Of a stretch of 64,000 nucleotides of DNA, positions 48,090 to 57,189 are shown piece after piece. Every line of letters starts with the position of its first letter. The first letter of the stretch is position 1. The position numbers and the translations under genes were made by a program. Where the stretch lies: assembly GCA_041750285.1 (NCBI GenBank), contig JBGSZS010000009.1, positions 116,910 through 180,909 on the forward strand, given 5' to 3'. The notes beneath the pieces are model-generated. The model searched no databases, had not been told where the DNA came from, and saw nothing but the letters and a program-made list of their open reading frames with translations. The DNA comes from Candidatus Fermentibacteraceae bacterium. GTDB lineage: Bacteria; Fermentibacterota; Fermentibacteria; Fermentibacterales; JCC-6.

Positions 48090-49301
48090 TTGAACCCCAT
48101 TTTCTGCCTGATAGCCCTCACGCTTGCCGGGCCCCCTGATCCTGCTTCCCTCGAAGGTTGCGTCGTGATGCTTCCAGGCATCCCCCAAAACCCGTGGGAC
48201 GGGCTGGGTGAGCGTCTTCTTGAAGAGATGTGGACAAGGGATGTCACGGGTTACCAGGTCACTCTTTCCGGGTGGAGCGGCTACGTTCTGATGGGTCCTC
48301 CGGGTACGGCCGGAACCCTTGACGCGGCGGCGGCAGTCCTTGCCCGGGGAGCGGTGATGCCCGACACTTCGGGATGGGCAAGGCTTCTCGGGCTTGCCTG
48401 GCGTGAGAACGCGCAACCCTGCGTACTTGCATACCCATTCCGTCCCGGAGGGACCCCGCCACCCCTCAGGTACAGCACACTCCTTTCGGGAGAGGCCGAC
48501 ACGGTGATAGTCTCTGCTCCCGTGGCCAACAGCGTGCTGATGAGCACAGGCATCCGCGATCCCCGGTTCGTGGGAGCCGCCTGGCGCGGGACGGGCCTCG
48601 AGGTTGTCTCCTCCGACTGGGGCGGTGTTCCCTGTCTTCTCGCCTTCGCTTTCCAGGGCTCCCCTGGGGAACTCGACCGCCTTGAGTACGAACCACACCC
48701 ATACGACTCGGTGTGGGCCTCAGGGTTCGGCGGCCTGCTCGCTTCGGTGGACAGCCTTGCGGCGCCGCTGGCACCGACCCCCGAACCGTTCATTGTCTGG
48801 GTCAGGGGAACCGGAGGCGAGCCTTTCTCACCCTGGACCTTCGTTCCGTCGCCCGGCCCTCCGCTGAGAAGCCCGGCGGTCGTTCCACCTCCGGAATCCA
48901 TTGCCGCACCCTACCCCTGGACCCCACCGCCCACGGCCATGCGCCTTGACCTTCCCGGTCTCATCGAAAACCGGGATGAAGCCGAGCAGACCGCAGCGGT
49001 CCTGGAAAGGCTCGTCGCAAGGATGGTGCTGGTTGAATGCGAAAGCGGAGTGGGCATCACCGGAGCTTCAGATGCGGAAGGAAGGATAACGCTCTACTTC
49101 GAGAACGCTCCGTGGACCGACCCTGAACAGGCCCTGGACGCAATCAGGGAAGTCATCGGACCCGTGGCCTTCACCGCGCCCGAGCCCGAGCTGCTTTCGA
49201 ACTGCGCCCTGCGGGCGTCGCTGAGACTTGGCAGGACGGTTGCTCCGCTTTCCTGCCGAAGCGTTGCTTCGTGCATGGCTTTGGCTCTGGGGCTTCTTTA
49301 G
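48090..49301 (+). CDS. Hypothetical exported protein
   Basis: Long ORF with GGAGG RBS, signal-peptide-like N-terminus and Pro-rich linker; no recognised motif. Confidence 0.55.
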   Translation: MNPIFCLIALTLAGPPDPASLEGCVVMLPGIPQNPWDGLGERLLEEMWTRDVTGYQVTLSGWSGYVLMGPPGTAGTLDAAAAVLARGAVMPDTSGWARLLGLAWRENAQPCVLAYPFRPGGTPPPLRYSTLLSGEADTVIVSAPVANSVLMSTGIRDPRFVGAAWRGTGLEVVSSDWGGVPCLLAFAFQGSPGELDRLEYEPHPYDSVWASGFGGLLASVDSLAAPLAPTPEPFIVWVRGTGGEPFSPWTFVPSPGPPLRSPAVVPPPESIAAPYPWTPPPTAMRLDLPGLIENRDEAEQTAAVLERLVARMVLVECESGVGITGASDAEGRITLYFENAPWTDPEQALDAIREVIGPVAFTAPEPELLSNCALRASLRLGRTVAPLSCRSVASCMALALGLL

Positions 49302-51223
49302 ACCGGGGGCTCGCGTTCGACCGCTTCAAGCCACTGCTCTTCGAGTTGAAGAATTTCCCTCGTGATGAAGGCGTGTTCCTTCTGAAGCTCGACAATTCGT
49401 GCCGAGCCGCCGGTCAGGCCTGGGGAGGCAAGAAGGGTTTCTATCTCGGTCTTCCTTTTTTCGAGGGGGATCATGGCCTTTTCGATCCTCTTCACTCGCT
49501 GGTCGACCTTGTTGCGCTTCTCGAACAGCCTGTTCCTCTCCTGTGCTTCCCTTCTCTTCCTGTCCCGGTCGAGTGCCCTGGACTGTGCCGACGCCTTGGG
49601 CTTTCCGGTGGAAAGGCTTTCGGACGCCCGGCTCCTCCGCTTCTCAACGAAGTCGTCGAACCCGCCGGTGAAGGGTTTCACCTTCCCCCCCTCCACCACC
49701 AGTATCTGCTCAACCAGCGTCCTGAGAAGGTTTTCGTCGTGGCTTATCAGGATCAGGGTTCCCTGGTAGCCGTCCAGCACTTCGGCCAGAACCTTTCTGC
49801 TGAAGATGTCGAGGTGGTTCGTGGGTTCGTCGAGGATGAGAAGGTTCGTGGGAAGCAGCATCACCCTTGCCAGGGCCACCCTGCTCTTCTCGCCTCCGGA
49901 GAGGACCCCGGTGGGTTTTTCGACGTCGTCGCCCGTGAACAGGAAGCCTCCCAGGAATGATCGGAGCTCCTTCTCACTGCGCTCGGGTGACACGTCGGAA
50001 AGCTGCTGAAGCACGGTGCGGGACGGGTCGAGGGCAAGGTCGACCTCCTGCGAGTAATAACCCACGTGCACGTTGGCCCCGGTTTTGACGATCCCGCAAC
50101 TGGGAGCCTCGACACCGGCGAGTATCCGGGAAAGGGTGGACTTGCCTCCCCCGTTCCTCCCCACGACCCCTATCCTCTGGCGCGCTTCTATCTCGAGGTC
50201 GACACCCTCGAAGATCGTGTGGTCGTATGTCTTGGAGATGCCCGAAAGCGAGAGGACCTTGTGGCCGCTGCGCGGGGTTTCTGGAAGCCTTATGCGCATG
50301 CGGCCGGGGCTGCGGTAAGTCTCAATCGTTTCGAGCTTCTCCAGCATCTTGATACGGCTTCTCACCTGGAAACGTTTGCTCTCGGTGGCCTGGAACTTCT
50401 TGACGAACCTCTCCATCCGCTCCCGCTGGTCCGCGATCTTCTTTGCCTCGTTCTCCCTGTGCTGGATGTCCTCGAGCTTACGTTTCTCGTAGAAGCTCCA
50501 GTTGCCGCCCCAGACCGTCAGTGCGCCGAACTCGAGCTCGTACACAGCGCGAACGGTGCGGTCGAGGAAGCCGGGGTCGTGCGAGATCAGCCAGACCGCC
50601 CCCTTGAACCTGCCCAGGAACTCTTCGAGCCATATCCTGGCGTCGAGGTCGAGATGGTTCGTGGGTTCGTCGAGAAGGAGTAGGTCGGGGTCTTCCAGTA
50701 TCAGAGCCCCGAGCATGGCGCGCATCTTCCAGCCTCCGCTGAATTCCCGCATAGGCTTTTGAAGGTCTTCCCTTGTGAAACCCAGCCCGGCCAGCACGAC
50801 CTCGGCGCGTGTGTGCAGATTGTAGGCCCCCGTGGAATCGATGCAGTCCTGCACCCGGGAAAGCTCGTTCATCAGAGAGTCGTTCCCCCCGTGTGAAGCG
50901 GAGAGGTTGTGGAGGATCTCCTTCTGTCTTTGCAGTGCGTTCACGGCCTCGCCGGCGCAACCGCACACGGCATCGAGCAGGGGGCCCTCGGGGAACTCGC
51001 CGAGCTGCTGCGGAAGGTAACCCACCCGAATGCCCCCGGCCCTAGTGACCGTCCCCCGTGACGGCTCGATCTCGCCCGTCATGATACGGAGCAATGATGT
51101 CTTTCCGGCGCCGTTCACGCCCACCAGGGCAACCCTGTCGCCACGGTCGACCGTGAAGTTGACCCCCTCGAAGATGAGGTCGGCCCCGAACTCGAGTGCA
51201 AGGCTCGAAACACTCAGAAGCAA
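49298..51223 (-). CDS. ABC-F family ATPase
   Basis: Two ABC domains (GVNGAGKT, FSGGW, LLLDEPTNHLD; GRNGGGKS, LSGGE), no TM domain, C-terminal coiled coil. Confidence 0.93.
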   Translation of the reverse strand: MLLSVSSLALEFGADLIFEGVNFTVDRGDRVALVGVNGAGKTSLLRIMTGEIEPSRGTVTRAGGIRVGYLPQQLGEFPEGPLLDAVCGCAGEAVNALQRQKEILHNLSASHGGNDSLMNELSRVQDCIDSTGAYNLHTRAEVVLAGLGFTREDLQKPMREFSGGWKMRAMLGALILEDPDLLLLDEPTNHLDLDARIWLEEFLGRFKGAVWLISHDPGFLDRTVRAVYELEFGALTVWGGNWSFYEKRKLEDIQHRENEAKKIADQRERMERFVKKFQATESKRFQVRSRIKMLEKLETIETYRSPGRMRIRLPETPRSGHKVLSLSGISKTYDHTIFEGVDLEIEARQRIGVVGRNGGGKSTLSRILAGVEAPSCGIVKTGANVHVGYYSQEVDLALDPSRTVLQQLSDVSPERSEKELRSFLGGFLFTGDDVEKPTGVLSGGEKSRVALARVMLLPTNLLILDEPTNHLDIFSRKVLAEVLDGYQGTLILISHDENLLRTLVEQILVVEGGKVKPFTGGFDDFVEKRRSRASESLSTGKPKASAQSRALDRDRKRREAQERNRLFEKRNKVDQRVKRIEKAMIPLEKRKTEIETLLASPGLTGGSARIVELQKEHAFITREILQLEEQWLEAVEREPPV

Positions 51224-51927
51224 CCCAGCACCTCTTCCGTGATGTCAAGCGGTGTGAAATCCAGGTAGTCGGAACTCACCAGCCGGAATATCGTGCCGCC
51301 CACAACGGCGTTCACGGTGGGACTCCACCGGCCCTCCCTGTGCAGGTGGCCGTAGACGCAGACCCTGACCCCCGCGTCGGAGAGCTTCAGGGCAAAGGCA
51401 GTGGGACCGCCGTCGACGACCGGAGGGTAGTGCATCATGTAGACAAGGGGCTTCCCCCCGAAAGAAGCCGCTGCCTGAAGAGCGAGGTCCATCCGCTGAA
51501 GCTCCCTGAGGTAGACTTTTTCGTCGGTTTCGGGGGCGTAACCGTCCCACTGGGGGGTGGACCAGCCCCGGGACGTTGCCAGCACGAAACCGCCCAGATC
51601 GACCGCGGTGTTCTGAAGGGGAGTTATGCCCTGCCCCAGAATGCCGCGCACCCTGAAGGGCGACTGCCACCAGTAGTCGTGATTTCCCTTGCAGATGTAC
51701 TTGGAGCCCGGAAGCCTTTGAAGGAATGCAAGGTCGGCCTCGGACTGCCCGAGGTTCATCCCCCAGGAGATGTCGCCTGGGACAAGGACGGTGTCTTCCG
51801 GAGACACCAGCCTCTCCCAGGCTGACCTGATCTTGGCGGGATGATCCACCCATTCGCTGCCGAACATGTCCATGGTCTTGTTCATGGACAGCCCAAGGTG
51901 AAGGTCGCTGATGGCGAATATCCTCAT
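51214..51927 (-). CDS. Calcineurin-like metallophosphoesterase
   Basis: SDLH, GDISW, GNHDYWW, HYPP, YGHLH. Confidence 0.9.
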   Translation of the reverse strand: MRIFAISDLHLGLSMNKTMDMFGSEWVDHPAKIRSAWERLVSPEDTVLVPGDISWGMNLGQSEADLAFLQRLPGSKYICKGNHDYWWQSPFRVRGILGQGITPLQNTAVDLGGFVLATSRGWSTPQWDGYAPETDEKVYLRELQRMDLALQAAASFGGKPLVYMMHYPPVVDGGPTAFALKLSDAGVRVCVYGHLHREGRWSPTVNAVVGGTIFRLVSSDYLDFTPLDITEEVLGCF

Positions 51928-52745
51928 CGTGTCATTTCCATCCAGAGTTCGGCTGCATGCCTCACGGCCTGATGATCCGACCCGGGAACACGGATTGCTC
52001 CCGGGGAGAGCCCCTCGGGAGAGTCATCGACAACAAAGGCGGTGCCCGCGCACTCGAGCAGGAGCCTGTCGTTCCAGTCATTCCCCAGCGCGGCGGTTCC
52101 GCTGCGGGGAATTCCGAGGCGTGAGGCCAGGGCCAGCAGGGCCGCCCCCTTGTGAACGCCAAGGGGGAATATCTCGATCCACAGTGTGCTGTGGTCAAGG
52201 GGGGACGTGGTCCTGACGACCTGGAAGGAGCGACCCAGGGCTTCCATTATCTCGGCTTCGGTATCGGCCTCGCCCCGGGCTTCGAGGTAGACCACGAACT
52301 GCGAAGCCGGGCCGGAGAGCTCCCCCACATGGCAGACATGGCCCCGGTAGAACTCACGGCGCCTGGCGTGATCGGGGTGTGGTTCGGTGCTGCCGTGGTA
52401 GAGAAGGTGGCTTTCGGGAAAGGGCCCCTGGACCGAGTAGTCGAGACACCGGGCTTCAAGGAACTCCCTGATGGCCAGGACATCACCGGGTGGGAGCCCT
52501 GGATATGCAACGATCTCGCCATCGGAACCGATCATCCCGGCCCCGGATGAGTGTATCCTCCAGTCGAAGGGCAGGGGCAGGCCGCCCACCGCCCGCTGGA
52601 ATGAGAAAGGGCTTCTTCCGGTTGCAAGGACGGTCACGACGCCGCTGCTCCTGAGCCGGGCAAGGGCTTCGAGGTCGGCATCGCACAGGGTGCGGTCGGA
52701 CCTGTATAGTGTTCCGTCGAAATCGGTCGCGAAAAGGGTTTTCAA
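51924..52745 (-). CDS. HAD-IIB (Cof-type) hydrolase
   Basis: TDFDGTL, ATGRS, HKG, LGNDWND. Confidence 0.9.
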   Translation of the reverse strand: MKTLFATDFDGTLYRSDRTLCDADLEALARLRSSGVVTVLATGRSPFSFQRAVGGLPLPFDWRIHSSGAGMIGSDGEIVAYPGLPPGDVLAIREFLEARCLDYSVQGPFPESHLLYHGSTEPHPDHARRREFYRGHVCHVGELSGPASQFVVYLEARGEADTEAEIMEALGRSFQVVRTTSPLDHSTLWIEIFPLGVHKGAALLALASRLGIPRSGTAALGNDWNDRLLLECAGTAFVVDDSPEGLSPGAIRVPGSDHQAVRHAAELWMEMTR

Positions 52746-52751
52746 GATCGG

Positions 52752-53381
52752 TCAGGAACCCTCGAACTCACGGTACAGAGCGACCACCCTGCCCACGACG
52801 GAGACCTCGCCGTCTTCGCCGCGGTACTCCATGACCGGGTACTCGGGGTTGCCGGGGATGAGCTTGACCACGTTCCCCTCACGGCGGAAGCGTTTCACGG
52901 TTGCGTCGCAGTCGACCATCACGACGGCGATCTGGTTCTGCTCGACGAAAGGCTGTGGCAGCACCAGGACAAGGTCGCCGTGGAGAATGCCGTCGCCCGT
53001 CATGCTGTCTCCCCGGACGCGCAGCCAGAACATGCCCTCGCGACCGGCGTAACGCTCTGGAAGGGGAAGGCTGCCCTGAATGTTCTCCTGTGCCAGGATG
53101 GGAAGCCCTGCCGCAACACTTCCCACGATGGGGGCACGGGAGTCGGACGTGCGCCGGCCGGCGCCGGCCCGGGTCGTGAGGCGCAGCGCACGGGCTGAAC
53201 CGTTCTCGCGCTGGAGGTAGCCCTTTTCGACGAGCCTGTCGACGTGATCCTTCACACCCTTGGTGCTCTTCAGGCGGAAGTGCTGCTGCATCTCGCGGAT
53301 CGAGGGTGGATAGCCCGCCCTGCCCACGAAGCCAGTAATGAAATCGAGGAACTGCCTTTGCCGGATCGTAAGATCGGTCAT
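52752..53381 (-). CDS. lexA: SOS transcriptional repressor LexA
   Basis: LT.RQ, GYPPSIRE wHTH, VAAG.P cleavage site, GDSM (Ser), ATVKR (Lys). Confidence 0.95.
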   Translation of the reverse strand: MTDLTIRQRQFLDFITGFVGRAGYPPSIREMQQHFRLKSTKGVKDHVDRLVEKGYLQRENGSARALRLTTRAGAGRRTSDSRAPIVGSVAAGLPILAQENIQGSLPLPERYAGREGMFWLRVRGDSMTGDGILHGDLVLVLPQPFVEQNQIAVVMVDCDATVKRFRREGNVVKLIPGNPEYPVMEYRGEDGEVSVVGRVVALYREFEGS

Positions 53382-53395
53382 GATAAACCCCCATG

Positions 53396-53438
53396 AAACA
53401 TTTGTTCAGTATATGCCCCGTAAAGGGCCGGCTGTCAA
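53396..53438 (-). promoter_or_regulatory. lexA promoter with candidate SOS box
   Basis: Minus strand TTGACA (53433-53438), TATACT (53408-53413, 19-bp spacer), then GAAC-AAAT-GTTT (53396-53407). Confidence 0.55.
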
Positions 53439-53452
53439 TGCTTCAGGGAAGG

Positions 53453-53899
53453 CTATTCCAGAAGTGTGCTGAAGAACACCAGGTAGGCCATGATCCGGAG
53501 GCGGAGGTCTTCGTGGGAGCCGTCGGTGTAGAGGATCACCCTGAAGTCGCTTCCCTCCACCGTGCCGTCCTCGCGGATGGAGCCGGTGTTGCGGAGGCGG
53601 CTGTCGCGGATGCGGCCGTCGCTGGTTATGTCGAAGAGTTTTCGGAGATCGGGGCTCTGGACCTCGTTGTCGCGGATGTAGCCGAGTACCCTGAAGTCTC
53701 CGGCTTCGATCCTGAGACCAGGTTCAGCCTCGTCTTCACTTTCCGCGCGGATGTAGCCGAGAAGCTGGAAAGACGCATCCTCTATTCTGCCATCCTCACG
53801 GATGTAGGCAACGGTCTCGTAACGGCTGTTCTCGAGGCGCAGGTCACCTGCGGAAGCAACCGCGCAACACAACGCCAGAAAAACAAAAAGGCTTCTCAT
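53453..53899 (-). CDS. Secreted protein built of about 19-aa beta repeats (5-fold beta-flower-like)
   Basis: Signal peptide, repeats YIREDGRIED / GYIRDNEVQS / DITSDGRIRD / SIREDGTVEG. Confidence 0.65.
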   Translation of the reverse strand: MRSLFVFLALCCAVASAGDLRLENSRYETVAYIREDGRIEDASFQLLGYIRAESEDEAEPGLRIEAGDFRVLGYIRDNEVQSPDLRKLFDITSDGRIRDSRLRNTGSIREDGTVEGSDFRVILYTDGSHEDLRLRIMAYLVFFSTLLE

Positions 53900-53949
53900 G
53901 GAAACCTCCTTTCAGCTGCAATATTGTATCTTCACTGAAAGCCGGGGAG

Positions 53950-55023
53950 GTGTCAAGGGCTGTGGGCCTGCTATACGCTCTTTTCTTGGTTACATCGCTG
54001 TTCGATCCGCCACCGGCCGACCTCAACACCGCGGACAGCTCCAGTCTCGCCTCGATCCCTGGCCTGGGGCCGTCGAGGGCGGCGGCCATAATCACCTACC
54101 GGGAAACCGTTTCACCCTTCCTTAGCGTGGATGAGCTGGCCTACGTTCCGGGGGTCGGCCCCGCCACAACAGCGAACGTGGCCTCCTTGGTAACTGTGAC
54201 ACCAATCGAGGAAGAACGCGGAACCACTCATCTGCTCACCCGGGGGGAACCGGCGGACACCGTTCTCACCGTGGTCTTTCTGGACGTCGGCAACGGCGAT
54301 GCCATCCTGCTCGAGTCCGGAGGGCATAGGCTGCTCATTGACGGAGGCCCCCCCGGTGACCCCGGCATGAGGGCTCCGGTCGTCCAGCGGTTGAGGGAGG
54401 CAGGTGTGGACCACATCGACACGGTGATACTCACCCATCCGCACGCCGATCACATTGGCGGCCTGGCCGATGTCCTCACAGTATTCAAGGCAGGGCTGCT
54501 GCTCGACCCCGGGATCGACCATCCCTCTCCGGTCTACGAACACCTTCTGGAAACCGCCCTTCAGGAAGGCTGCGCCTACGAGATCCTCGAGGAGGGCCGC
54601 ACCATCAGCATCGGGCGGGACGTTTCCATGGAAGTGGTGCACCTTGAACGAAGTCTTTCGGTGAACGAGGCCTCTGCCGTCTTCCTGGTGGAGACGGGGA
54701 ACTTCAACATGCTGGTCACAGGAGACATCGAGGAGGAGACGATCCGGCGGATAACCCTGCAGGCCTTCCCTGTCACGGTTCTCAAGGTTCCCCACCACGG
54801 AAGCCGCTCATCGCTCTTTCCACCGTGGTCGAGAAGGGTCGTTCCCATGCTCGCGGTTTTCTGCGTGGGCCGCGACAATCCGTTCGGGCACCCCCACCCC
54901 GCTGTGGTCGCGGACTGGGCTTCGACGGGGGCCGAAGTGTTGCGCACCGACATACTCGGGAATATCTTCCTCCGCACCGACGGGAGAAGTCTGTCCATCA
55001 GCAGTTCCAGGGAGGCGCTTTGA
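53950..55023 (+). CDS. ComEA-like helix-hairpin-helix fused to ComEC-like metallo-beta-lactamase nuclease domain
   Basis: DLNTAD...IPGLGPSRA.AII.YRE, VPGVGP; LDVGNGDAIL, THPHADHIGG, TGD, KVPHHGS, NPFGHP. Confidence 0.88.
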   Translation: MSRAVGLLYALFLVTSLFDPPPADLNTADSSSLASIPGLGPSRAAAIITYRETVSPFLSVDELAYVPGVGPATTANVASLVTVTPIEEERGTTHLLTRGEPADTVLTVVFLDVGNGDAILLESGGHRLLIDGGPPGDPGMRAPVVQRLREAGVDHIDTVILTHPHADHIGGLADVLTVFKAGLLLDPGIDHPSPVYEHLLETALQEGCAYEILEEGRTISIGRDVSMEVVHLERSLSVNEASAVFLVETGNFNMLVTGDIEEETIRRITLQAFPVTVLKVPHHGSRSSLFPPWSRRVVPMLAVFCVGRDNPFGHPHPAVVADWASTGAEVLRTDILGNIFLRTDGRSLSISSSREAL

Positions 55024-55964
55024 AGGTTCGCAGAAGGCTTTCTCCAGTCCTGTACGTCCTCCCCGCCCTTCTCATAATCCTTCTTTTCAGGACGATCCCC
55101 ATTCTCGGGGGGTTCCTTGCGTCGCTCGCCGACTACGACATCGGCGGTTTCCATGGATTCGTGGGCACCGACCATTACCAGCGAATGCTCTCCGACCCGC
55201 GGTTCTGGCTGAGCCTGGGAAACACGGTTCACTACGTTCTGGGGGTCCTTCCCGCCGGTATCATCATACCGTTGGGGCTTGCCGTCCTTCTGAAGGAAGG
55301 GCTCGAGGGGAGGTCATTGTACCGAACGGTGTACTTCCTTCCTGTGGTCACCAGCACTGTAGCGGTGGCCGTTGTATGGACATGGGTCTTCCACCCCGAA
55401 GCCGGGCCGCTCAACCAGATCATCACGATGCTGGGCGGTGAGCCCCTGGCATGGCTCCGTGAACCCAGGGGCATCTTCGAACTCCTTCTGGCACCCGCCG
55501 GGATCAGGCCCACGGGATTCCTTGCCGGACCGAGCCTGGCCCTGGTTGCCATAATGACGGTGGGAGTCTGGAAGAGCATCGGCTACAACACCGTTCTCTT
55601 CATGGCAGGACTCGAGAACATCCCGAAGGACTGCTACGAGGCCGCAAAACTCGACGGCGCCGGCAGGTGGGCAAGCTTCAGGCACATCACCTGGCCTCTT
55701 CTCTCCCCCACGACCTTCTACGTTCTCATAATGAGCACCATCACATCATTCCAGACATTCGCCCTGGTCTACGTGATGACGCCGCCTCCGGGCGGCGGCC
55801 CGCTGGGAACGACCAACGTCCTTGTCTTCTACCTCTACCAGAAGGCGTTCGACAGGTTCGACATCGGCTACGCCAGCGCCATCAGCGTGTTCCTGTTCGT
55901 TCTCCTGCTGGTCCTCACCATGCTCCAGCGAAGGTTCGGCGAGAGGAAGGTGCACTACTCGTGA
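55020..55964 (+). CDS. Carbohydrate ABC transporter permease (MalF/UgpA-like)
   Basis: YRTVYFLPVVTS, WKSIGYN, EAA loop YEAAKLDGA, ITWPLLSPTT, GYASA. Confidence 0.92.
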   Translation: MKVRRRLSPVLYVLPALLIILLFRTIPILGGFLASLADYDIGGFHGFVGTDHYQRMLSDPRFWLSLGNTVHYVLGVLPAGIIIPLGLAVLLKEGLEGRSLYRTVYFLPVVTSTVAVAVVWTWVFHPEAGPLNQIITMLGGEPLAWLREPRGIFELLLAPAGIRPTGFLAGPSLALVAIMTVGVWKSIGYNTVLFMAGLENIPKDCYEAAKLDGAGRWASFRHITWPLLSPTTFYVLIMSTITSFQTFALVYVMTPPPGGGPLGTTNVLVFYLYQKAFDRFDIGYASAISVFLFVLLLVLTMLQRRFGERKVHYS

Positions 55965-56722
55965 AAGCCCTGAGGCACATCCTTCTTTCGCTGGGTGCGG
56001 TGATAATGATGGCGCCGTTCATCTGGATGGTCTCCACATCCCTGGAGGACGGCGGTTTCGCCAACTACACCGAAGCCTGGAACAGGGTACCCTTCGGCCT
56101 CTTCTTCATCAACACCATCGCGATAACGGCCCTCACGGTACTCGGGGTTGTCATAACGAGCGCCCTCGCCGCCTACGCGTTCGCCACGATGGAGTTCCCG
56201 GGCAGGGGCATGATGTTCACGCTCTTCCTCAGCACCATGATGGTTCCACAGCCGGTCTACCTCGCGCCATCCTACGTCCTCCTCGCGAAGTTCGGCATGG
56301 TGGACACCTACGGCGCCCTCATCATCCCCTGGGTGGCCAACGTCTTCAGCATCTTCCTCCTCAGGCAGCACTTCAAGACCATACCAAGATCACTCTACGA
56401 GGCGGCCGTACTCGACGGGTGCAGCCGATTCCAGTACCTGTGGCGGGTGGTCCTTCCCCTGTCCAGACCGGTGCTGGCCACGGTCGTCCTCTTCAACACC
56501 ATCAGCTCGTGGAACAGCTTCATGTGGCCGCTTGTGATGACCCATTCCGAAAGCCTCAGGGTGATCCAGGTGGGTCTCTCCTACTTCAGCCAGGAGATGT
56601 CGGGGAACTACCGGCTTCTCATGGCGGCCAGCACCTTCTGCACCCTGCCTCTTCTCGTCATCTTCCTTCTTTTCCAGAAGCAGCTCGTGTCCAGCTACAC
56701 CGGCTCGGGCTTGAAGGACTGA
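55961..56722 (+). CDS. Carbohydrate ABC transporter permease (MalG/UgpE-like)
   Basis: AAYAFA..FPGR, FLLRQHF..IPRSLYEAAVLDG, SWNSFMWPL, QKQ....GLK. Confidence 0.92.
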   Translation: MKALRHILLSLGAVIMMAPFIWMVSTSLEDGGFANYTEAWNRVPFGLFFINTIAITALTVLGVVITSALAAYAFATMEFPGRGMMFTLFLSTMMVPQPVYLAPSYVLLAKFGMVDTYGALIIPWVANVFSIFLLRQHFKTIPRSLYEAAVLDGCSRFQYLWRVVLPLSRPVLATVVLFNTISSWNSFMWPLVMTHSESLRVIQVGLSYFSQEMSGNYRLLMAASTFCTLPLLVIFLLFQKQLVSSYTGSGLKD

Positions 56723-56723
56723 C

Positions 56724-57146
56724 ATGATACCATTGCTCTGCGCGGCGCTCGTGCTTCAGTTCCCCACATGGTCCCTGAACGGGGAGGTCGCAAGATGGCT
56801 GGGATCGCTTGCCAACAGGGGTTACACAGTGTTCCAGTACCACGGCCTGTATCTCGACCTTAACACTGCGGCAACCGTTCCAATAACCATCCAGGCCTCG
56901 GGTGAAGCCATTTTCGGCGCGATGGGAGGCGCCAGGGCCCTGGTCGTGAAGATGGAACTGCTCAGCGGTGAAGAGATATTATACCGGTGCGGGACCGACG
57001 ATCTGCCGATGGTCCACCTTCCGGCGGACTCGGCAGGCATGGTGAGCCACATGAGGCTCGAAGTAACCGACATGACACACGGCGCAACCGCTGAAAGCGT
57101 GTTCGTATACGCGGCGGTGAAGCCGGTTGACCCCGGCACGTTGTAA
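56724..57146 (+). CDS. Hypothetical exported protein
   Basis: Starts 1 bp after the permease stop; hydrophobic N-terminus. Confidence 0.6.
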   Translation: MIPLLCAALVLQFPTWSLNGEVARWLGSLANRGYTVFQYHGLYLDLNTAATVPITIQASGEAIFGAMGGARALVVKMELLSGEEILYRCGTDDLPMVHLPADSAGMVSHMRLEVTDMTHGATAESVFVYAAVKPVDPGTL

Positions 57147-57189
57147 GGTATTTTAGTGGTGGCGTAACAACATCCACAGGGAGCATTGC

